Assembly (NCBI GenBank): GCA_951406725.2 | Contig: OX597828.1 | Location: 34,534,001-34,598,000, forward strand | Direction: 5' to 3' | Source of the DNA: Octopus vulgaris | Taxonomy: Eukaryota | DNA: 64,000 nucleotides | Shown here: in pieces, positions 55,631 to 64,000 of the stretch | Numbering within the stretch: position 1 is the stretch's first letter | Layout: each line of letters starts with the position of its first letter | Notes under the pieces: generated by a model | Seen by the model: only the letters and a program-made list of their open reading frames with translations | What the model was told of the DNA's origin: nothing | Databases searched by the model: none | Program-made: the position numbers and the translations under genes

Positions 55631-56101
55631 ACCTCACTCTTTTTTTCTCTTTCTCTCTCTTTCTATATATGGATTGAAATGCATCGTTAAATGGAAATGA
55701 GATATCGAATTGAAAGAAAATAACGACGAAACAACAGTTGCTTTAAGTCCTGAGAATATTTGAGGGGGACTTGATTTTATATTCAATCTAAATATATCAA
55801 GGTTAATGAGTAAAGGTTAATGAAAGGAAATACGACGAACGGACAGACACTGAGCTAGTTCGTGACTACATATCAGTTTCGACTGCAGGTCTTTTAATAA
55901 GGTCAAATAATGATAAATATCTTGTATGTGTGAATCATTGCTAACATCATATATGATACCAGTCAATAAGAGTTTGTGTATCTTCAGTGTATTTTCAAAA
56001 CGGATGAAGAGGTCAGCTGCTTGCCTGCCTGCCTGCCTGCCTGTCTAATATTCTGAACAACAACAACAACAACAGCAATAATAGTAATTATAATATATAT
56101 A

Positions 56102-56333
56102 AAGGCGGCGAGCTGGCAGAAACGTTAGCGCACGGGGTGAAATGCGTAGCTGTATTTCGTCTACCGTTACGTTCTGAGTTCAAATTCCGCCGTAGTCCAC
56201 TTTGCCTTTCATCCTTTCGGGGTCGATAAATAAAGTACCAGTTACGCACTGGGGTCGATTTAATCGACTTAATCCCTTTGTATGTCCTTGTTTGTTCCCT
56301 CTATGTTTAGCCCTTTGTGGGCAGTAAAGAAAT
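56102..56333 (+). mobile_element. SINE family A (long tail)
   Basis: Matches the family. Confidence 0.9.
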
Positions 56334-56366
56334 ATATATATAAATATACACACATACACATACATA

Positions 56367-56940
56367 CGAGGGTGAATCAAAAAGTAATGCCATTTTGTTT
56401 AGGACAGTTATAATTACCGGCACAGAAACATGTATCATACATCAAAATGAAGCTGGTCCTCTGTGGATCACATCCCTACTTCTCAACATAGTCACCGTTT
56501 CTCTCAATAGCAATGTTCCACCTTCGAATGAGAGCATGTTTCCCTGCCCCGTAAAATTCTGTTGACTGTTCTTTGAGCCACTTCTTCACTACAGTTTTCA
56601 CTTCCTCGTCACTGGAATAATGTTTGCCTCTCAAACCCTCTTTTATGGGGCTGAAGAGAAGATAGTCCAGTGATGAGAAAGTGAAAAGTGTGTATGTATG
56701 TATACATACATATACATACATACACACACTCATATACATACATGCATACATACATGCATGAATACATATATATATATATATACATACATGTATACATGCA
56801 TGCATGAATACATACATATATACCATACATGCATACCAAGTACATATGCATGTGTAGTATGTATGCTTGTATACTTCACTGTGCATACCTTAGCTTCGTT
56901 ACCATGCCAACAGTCCGGATACTTATTGATCAGACCACAT
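56367..56940 (-). mobile_element. Mariner 3' remnant with TIR-like ends
   Basis: DYLLFSPIKEGLRGKHYSSDEEVKTVVKKWL..F..G...LIRRW......GDYVEK*; ta|cgagggtgaatcaaaaagt at 56365; TIR-like cagtccggatacttattgatcagaccaca|ta at 56911-56941. Confidence 0.75.
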
Positions 56941-57400
56941 ATATAGATGTGTGTGTGTGTGTGTGTGTGTGTGTGAGTGTGCAAACATACATACATGCTA
57001 ACATGTTCATTTTATTAAGAGTAATCTTAGGGTGATTTAGCTGCTGTTTCTAACAGGTTAAATGACCACGTAAGTTGTTCTCCAATGGCTGACTGTGCCA
57101 TTGAGTTCACTCGTTAAATGTACCTTACATCTCACTCTGTTTAAAAAGATACCAAATTGGGAAGTTTCTTGCAACAGCATGTGTGGGGATCACTCCATTG
57201 ACATAGTTTTCATAAGCAGCAGACACTCGCCACGTGATCAAACGCCCTACAGCATTTTTCAAATGTTGGGATTCCCTAAAAATAGAGAGAAAGCAGGTGA
57301 TTTGTGAGCGATAATTGCATATTGTGTGTGGAAGTATTAAAGAGCTTCAACATTCTTCAGGAAATTGAACTCGTTAAATAGATAAATAGTAAAACGTACA

Positions 57401-57437
<37 letters not shown>

Positions 57438-57712
57438 ACGCACACACACACACACACACGTACGCTCACACACACACACGCACACGTACGCACACACACA
57501 CACACGTACGCACACACACACACACACGTACGCTCACACACACACACGCACACGTACGCACACACACTTACACACATGCACCGATGCAAGCACACGCATA
57601 TATGTATGCATGTATTTTTATACATAGATTTGTATGTATATGAGTATATATTAATATATACACACTCATCCGTATTCTCATATACATACATACCTACATG
57701 CATACATACATG

Positions 57713-57780
<68 letters not shown>

Positions 57781-57891
57781 CATACATACATACATACATA
57801 CATACATACATGCATGCATGCACACACTCATATATATATACATATACATATATATATATATATATATACACACACATGCATGTACATACAC

Positions 57892-57953
<62 letters not shown>

Positions 57954-57964
57954 GCACATACACA

Positions 57965-59015
57965 CGTAAACTTAACGAATTCCAAACACTTCTAAATGAA
58001 ATAAATGAAAACCTCCAATTTACGATAGAGTACAGTCAGGAACAACTACCGTTTTTAGATATCCTTATTAAGAAAGTCGGAGACAAAATAGAGACAGATA
58101 TCTATTACAAACCCACAGACTCGAAGCAGTACCTGCCATTTGATTATTGCCACCCGAGACACACCAGGATGAATATCCCATTTTGTTTAGCCAAAAGAAT
58201 ATGCACAATAATATGAAACGCAAACACCCGTTAGACACGACTCCAGGAATTGAAAACCACGCTCATCAATAGTAATTACCCGCAACTCTTAATCGACAAT
58301 ACGATCCAACGAGTACTTAAATTAAATACACAAGAACTTAGACAACCAAGACCAAAGAAGGAAGAAAAATTGAAAACCCTGCCTTACATTTCCACACACA
58401 ACCAACATAACAATGAGGCCTTCGACACTATTCTCCACAGCATAGCTCCACTCAAGAGAAACCCAAAGATGAATCAAATCCTCAAAACATACCCAATCAT
58501 GAAAAGTAAGAGACAACCAAAATCAATGAAAAAGATTTTAACTCAGGCCTAATTACTCCCAACAATAACCGCTAAGCCGACAGTAAAAAAATGCGGGAGA
58601 CCAAACTGTGGGATTTGTATCAGCATAACAGAGGGATCAGGACAGCGATTAGAACAAGGACATAATTTCATCATAAAAACTAATTTTACATGCGCATCGG
58701 AGAACTTGATTTAATTACATGCTCGGGATGTAAACGGCAATATATTGGGCAACAAAGGCGGCGCGCTGGCAGAATCGTTAGCTCGCCGGGCGAAATGCGT
58801 AGCTGTATTTCGTCTGCCGTTACGTTCTGAGTTCAAATTCCGCCGAGGTCGACTTTGCCTTTCATCCTTTCGGGGTCGATAAATTAAGTACCAGTTACGC
58901 ACTGGGGTCGATATAATCGACTTAATACCTATGTCTGTCCTTGTTTGTCCCCTCTAGCCCCTTGTGGGTAGTAAAGAAATATGTTGGGCAACAAAAAACA
59001 GCCTACGTCAAAATG
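57965..59015 (+). pseudogene. Penelope-like retroelement fragment (RT thumb, Cys-rich linker, GIY-YIG start)
   Basis: [40 protein letters not shown]; CGRPNCGIC; ITCSGCKRQYIGQ; in-frame TGA, TAG and TAA stops. Confidence 0.88.
58756..58980 (+). mobile_element. SINE family A inserted in the PLE YIG motif
   Basis: TSD aatatattgggcaacaa (58739-58755) vs aatatgttgggcaacaa (58978-58994). Confidence 0.92.
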
Positions 59016-60568
59016 GAATATTCTCATAGGCTATTATTTGCATAACTCAAAGCTCACCTATCCATGCATTTAATTTCTTATTTAAGCCTGGTAATCCTCT
59101 TAGACTTCAAAAAGAAGCTGAGCTGAGTTGAGCTGATCACCGAGTGAGGTAGGGGTGTTCTCCTCATCCACATCTCCTAACGTGATGAAAGATTCTCATG
59201 CACTGTGTTGTGCAGGTTATCTGAATTGCTTTGAAAATATTTTATATCTACTGGAAATTTATCCCTTGTATTTTCTGCGAAAAGATTGACGATTCGTGAC
59301 CCTCGATGCCCAGACTCTTACAATAACATTTTTATTCTCTATTTTTAGGGAATCCCAACGTTTGAAAAATGCTGTAGGGCATTTGATCACATGGCGAGTG
59401 TCTGCTGCTTATGAAAACTATGCTCACTAGCATACTAGCATTATGCTGTATGCAATATTGCAAAATGCAACTGCATGGAATATTTGATGACAACTTTAAA
59501 AAATTCCTGTTAATATTTTCGATTAAATGTTTAAAACGATAGGCGGGTTGCTTGAATCTATATTAATATATCTAAGCATTTCATAAGATTTACTATATCA
59601 CGGCCATTTGTCTGAGTTAAGATTGAGATTGATATCTAAGAAATTTAGAAAACATAATTTAGAGATATTTGTTTTCCATGCAGGAAGTATGAAAGGTGCC
59701 AGTTGAATGGTTCCTATATTCCGTCTACTGTGCGGCTATTGGCGTACTGTGATAGGACTAACACGTTATCCCCATAATAGTCCTATATCTGTATGCGTAA
59801 ATTCATTTATAAGTACGAACTTGTTTCTGACACGAGAGACAACGAGATCACCTGTCTCTGCCGTTTAAACGATCTCATGCTAACATCTACTGAACTGGTC
59901 CTTTTTTTTTATTATTTGTTTGACTAAGGAAGAATTCTTGTCCAAAAGTAATTTTTCCTGGCATGTATAACTATATCATTGACGTCCATAGTATTACGAA
60001 GCGATGCAATTTCTAGAACAGTGTTGAATAACGATTTTACGGAAGTAAATTTAAAAGTACTTTTAAAGACAATAATGGCACTGCTATTGTTCTGTTTCCC
60101 GGATTAAGTTATGTATCTAATTTTATCGTTAACATTTAAAAACGTTTTTGCTGATTAATCCGATTGAACTTTACGCAGGGTTGATTAATCTACTTATTGG
60201 TTTACAGGAAAAATTCTTCTTATGGTTTTTTAGCGTGATTTACACTCGGTGTTTAGCCAAACATTCTAATTGTTATTTAGTCTAAGTTCATAAACAATAG
60301 TTTCAGCTCCATTATCTATTTATACGAGAGATACATAGCTTTGGCTGACGTTCTTGACTGGAAGTCGTTTATACATGGCTTTGTAACGATTTTTGGTTTT
60401 ACTTGTGAAAATGCTTTCTTTTTTTCTCTCTCTTCATGTTCTCAATAGAGTTGAGGTTGTATTGCAAACGGTTTTTGTACGTATCAAATCCAAAGTTATT
60501 TATCATACTTGCGAAGCTAGAATCAAATAGTTTTAAGTCTGTGGAGGAATGAAGAGAGATATCAGATC

Positions 60569-60855
60569 CGGTGGCAAGGGGGAGTGACGTCACGTCAAGA
60601 AGAGGAGGCGTTTGAGCAGCGTCTTTCTTCGTCAAGACTTTGAGATGAACAAAGTGTGGAGCGGATGACAGAGGGATGGAAGGTTCTGACGAGAGTTTGG
60701 AGTAGTTGGGTACGGTGGCAAGAGGGAAGTGACGCCACGTCAAGAAGAGGAGCCGTTTGAGCAGCGTTTTTCTTCGTCAAGACTTTGAGATGAACAAAGT
60801 GTGGAGCGGATGACAGAGGGAGAGAAGGTTCTGACGAGAGAATGGGGTAGTGGGG
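60569..60855. repeat. ~144-bp GC-richer tandem duplication
   Basis: cggtggcaag...gtcaagaagagga...ggttctgacgagag occurs twice; followed by a short duplicated ccaaca..ttcttatcctggt. Confidence 0.9.
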
Positions 60856-61647
60856 TGCGCCCAACAGCTTCTTATCCTGGTATAGGTACGTCCAACAAGT
60901 TCTTATCCTGGTGGAGTGTGGTGTTATACTCTGTCCTGAAGTTTGTCTCGACGTAAGAACATTCTTATTTTTGCTGTCCTTTCTACAAAGTCTTAAATTC
61001 CTGGCAGGAAGTTTCAGGTTTTTACAATAGATTAATCGCTGATATCTAAGTCATGGACGAGGCATTTCATTTAACAAGCTTTCCAACATTTACATTATCA
61101 TAGAAGCTTTTAATAAATTAACTGCTAGATTGAATGTTAGCTTTGGTTTCTAGGTTAAGTTCTAGAGACCCGTTGAAGCATTTGTATGCTCCACAGTTGG
61201 TGTCGTCACGTACAAAATGAATCTACACGATGCATAGAGGAGAACAAAGCATTAAGCAAATTATTGTGCTTATTGGCTAAGTTTACGAGTCCATGAATTA
61301 CAGTTTCATATTGCAGCAGAGAAATTGACTACAGTATTATGCAGATGACAACAGCAGATAGAAATTATTGGCTCAAATGCTAAAAAGTAAATTGTGGACG
61401 ACTTACTTCCCTTGGGTCCTGAAACCTAACTACCGAACAGATCAACACTCTTCAATATTTTTGTGCTATGTTTAATATAATTGTGATTTAAAATGCTTTC
61501 TCTACTTTTCCAAGGTATCTTATTGTGTATACAGACACATACATAGACGCATGTTTTAAATGTTTACATATTTCAGAAGGACATCAGCCAGCAGGAAGGA
61601 GAGAAATGTCTTCTAAATAATTTTGAAGAAACAAGTTATAAGTTATA

Positions 61648-61866
61648 CAGTAATCCCTCGACTATCGCGGGTGTTACGTTCCACACCCCACCGCGATAGG
61701 TGAAATCCGCGAAGTAGAAACAGTACTGTACTGTATTTTTAAAATTATTTTTATAATTTGTATATATTTATTTTATCATAAATGCAAAACAATACCACTG
61801 AGGAATCGACGTAAGCTTAAATGATAAGCCGCGATAGGTGAACCGCGAAATGGCGAGGGTCTTCTG
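61648..61866. mobile_element. Tigger/pogo-like MITE
   Basis: ta|cagtaatccctcg...cgagggtcttctg; repeated ccgcgataggtgaa subterminal motif. Confidence 0.7.
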
Positions 61867-62637
61867 TTAAACTGTTATCACTTGTCTTAATGCGCGCCTA
61901 GAGGAAAGTTGATATCATCTTCCAAGTAACTGCAATTTAATTCCCTTCTACTTCATGAAACTTTAAGCCATGAAATACGTACAAGTTACCAGTAATATTT
62001 ACAACTACACTCTCACTCTCTCTCTGTCTCCATCTCTCACACACACATGCAACGAGGCGTACATCGTTTACAACCCGTTTATCACTTTTTTCTTGCGTCT
62101 TTTACTTGTTCCAGTCAGTAGACTGCGACCATTCTGGAGCACGAGGAACGGTTCTCACTGTGAGATTTAATCTTGGAAAAGAGCCAAGAGACTTTGTTTT
62201 TGTTAAACACGCAACATACTGCAAATAACGTCATCAAACAATCAAACAGATGTTTCGATATAATTTCGATTCCTCAGTTACAGACACTGCCTTTGTCGTT
62301 TTGAATTACAATATATATATATATATAACGGGAAGCTTTATGAAACTAGACAAAAGACGAAGGCAGGTGGAAAACAAACAAACAATTGTATTAGTATGGC
62401 GCTCAGGAAATATAAATAAAACAAGTCTTTAACGTTTCGAGCCTACGCTTTTCAACAGAAAGATACACAGAGAGAAAAAAAACACAGAAAGAAGGAGAGA
62501 AAAAAATGCGTGCAGTAACTAACGAATCAACATGGCGATCTGATTTCGGCCAGAGGTCAAAGATCAAACATGAGACGCGAGAGCGAAATAAGGGGAGATA
62601 ATAGGGATGATAATAGGGTTGAATGACCCTAGGATAG

Positions 62638-62860
62638 GTCTGGACAGGCGTATGTATGGGGTTGGTGTATGTATTAGTATGTATTAGTATGTATTAGTAC
62701 GTATTAGTATGTATAAGTGTGTGTGTGTGTGTATGAGAGAGTATAAGTGCGTATGAGGGGTCTGGACGTGTGTATGTATAGGGTTGGTGTATGTATTAGT
62801 ATGTATTAGTATGTATTAGTACGTATTAGTATGTATTAGTTGGTGTATGTATTAGTATGG
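62638..62860. repeat. GTATGTATTA 10-mer array within a ~120-bp duplication in the PLE 3' region
   Basis: ggtctggac...gggttggtgtatgtattagtatgtattag appears twice. Confidence 0.85.
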
Positions 62861-64000
62861 CACATCATATATGATGTGATGTGTAAAGTCGTGTGGTGTA
62901 GTGAGGAGAAGAGGGGGAGGGGGAGAAGAGGGGGAGAGAAGGGGAGGGGAAGGAGAGGGGGAAGAGGAGAGGAGGGGGGAGAGAAAGGAGGGGGAGGAAG
63001 GAGGAAAGGGGGGAGGAAGGAGGAAAGAGGGGGAGGGGGAGAGAGAAGCGGAGTGAGGGAACAGAGGGAAGAGGGAAGGAGGGAGGGAGAAAGAGGGAAG
63101 AAGGGAAGGGGAGTAGGGGTGAAAGGATGAAGGACTGAAGAAGTAGGGGTCGGGGGGAAGGATAGGTGAGGAGGGGGAGAGGGGGTTAGATGAGGAGGGG
63201 GAGAGTTGAGACCAAATGGCGTATAAGAGCGAAGAGAGAAGATTAATTCCTGTTCACGGCGCAAACGGGAATCCGGATGGCCTCTGTGTAAGGACAAACC
63301 GAACACAGATAGGTGTTGCAAGGAGTGATCGGTGGAGCGGAAATGGCGTGAGACCGGTGTGTCGTTCGCAAGGTGGATGTCACGAAGGTGTTCCGCGAAC
63401 CGGTCAGCCAAGCGGCGTCCCGTTTGTCCGATGTACAAGGAATTGCAGAGAGAGCAAGAGACGCAATAGATAATATTGCTGGAGGTGCAGGTGAAGGAGT
63501 GGATGATGGGATAGGGTCGATGGTGGGTGCTAGTGAGGCGGGTGGTGTTGGAGAGGTAAGGGCAAGTGCGGCAACGTGGGCGGGAGCAGGGGAACGAGCC
63601 GGGTTGGGAGGTAGGGTCAGGGAAGGAGCTATGGACCAAAAGGTCTCGAAGGTTGTGGGCTCGTTTGAAAGAGGGGAGGGGTCGGTTAGGGAAGAGGTGT
63701 GAAGTGGACGGGTCGGACTGGAGATGACGGAAAGCTCGAAGAATGGTGCGTTGGAGACGTAGGGTCGTGGGGTGGTAAGTGAGGGGAAAAGGGAGGCGGG
63801 AGACTACAGGGCGGGTTCGGGGAGAGAGAGCAGATACACGGTCCACGGACCGTGCTCTGGCAAGGGTGGTGTGGATAGTGGTGAGGGGGTATCCACGTAG
63901 GGTGAAGTGGTGAGCCATACGTTGAGACTGAGTCTCAAAGTCATGGTCGTCACTACAGAGCCTACGTAGACGGAGGAATTGGGAATAGGGGATGGAAAGC
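62836..64000 (-). CDS. PLE RT thumb + Cys-rich linker + GIY-YIG endonuclease (partial)
   Basis: SIPYSQFLRLRRLCS upstream of the called Met; CSRPRCRTC; NIIYCVSCSLCNSLYIGQTGRRLADRFAEH; RREQELI..L....PFGLN. Residues after GLN are a pyrimidine-rich tract. Confidence 0.88.
   Translation of the reverse strand, partial: LSIPYSQFLRLRRLCSDDHDFETQSQRMAHHFTLRGYPLTTIHTTLARARSVDRVSALSPRTRPVVSRLPFPLTYHPTTLRLQRTILRAFRHLQSDPSTSHLFPNRPLPSFKRAHNLRDLLVHSSFPDPTSQPGSFPCSRPRCRTCPYLSNTTRLTSTHHRPYPIIHSFTCTSSNIIYCVSCSLCNSLYIGQTGRRLADRFAEHLRDIHLANDTPVSRHFRSTDHSLQHLSVFGLSLHRGHPDSRLRREQELIFSLRSYTPFGLNSPPPHLTPSPPPHLSFPPTPTSSVLHPFTPTPLPFFPLSPSLLPSSLCSLTPLLSPPPPLSSFLPPFLLPPPPFSPPSSPLPPLLPLPFSPPLLPLPLFSSLHHTTLHITSYMMCHTNTYTN

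Larger units (their letters stand above)
57202..59422. mobile_element. Inverted-repeat (TIR) element enclosing nested insertions
   Basis: 57202-57288 is the reverse complement of 59335-59422 with 3 mismatches. Confidence 0.8.
62328..64000 (-). mobile_element. Penelope-like (Neptune-type) retroelement, 3' part; continues beyond the window
   Basis: Open frame from the window edge, low-complexity 3' region, terminal pLTR with a hammerhead-like motif, ends at (TA)n. Confidence 0.88.

Noticed and set aside
58214-58552. In-frame TGA in the PLE fragment as possible selenocysteine (as in some Naiad elements)
   Set aside because: TAG and TAA also occur in frame, there is a frameshift, and the TGA is not at an evident Cys position. 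This is ordinary decay.
60569-60910. Tandem repeats as a CRISPR array
   Set aside because: There is no repeat-spacer periodicity and no cas genes, and the context is eukaryotic.
62836-63200. Pro/Leu/Ser-rich C-terminal extension and the opposite-strand Gly/Arg-rich ORF
   Set aside because: This is a low-complexity polypurine/polypyrimidine tract after the GIY-YIG GLN motif, probably not meaningful protein.

Overview
Eukaryotic, AT-rich, repeat-saturated DNA, apparently intronic or intergenic. The SINE families and microsatellite load resemble an octopus/cephalopod genome (inference from recall, not a search). I recognise no host protein-coding exon, and almost all short ORFs in the track are microsatellite or SINE read-throughs. 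The real coding remnants are all transposon-derived: a 5'-truncated R4/Dong-type RLE retrotransposon plus 2-3 other Dong 3' fragments at (TAA)n, a CR1-type LINE in (TA)n plus a decayed copy, an L1/Tx1 3' end in (ATCT)n, two Penelope-like (GIY-YIG) elements, RTE fragments, mariner remnants and a probable Chapaev3 remnant. There are also several MITEs and at least four SINE-like families. The most notable unexplained structure is (i) recurring hammerhead-ribozyme-like motifs, one joined directly to a Pol III tRNA-like head, (ii) recurring asymmetric fold-back inserts in (TA)n, and (iii) apparent partitioning of microsatellite targets among retroelements, with SINE tails supplying Dong targets. 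One 100-N assembly gap lies at 48968-49067. Coordinates were read by eye and may be off by a few bases.
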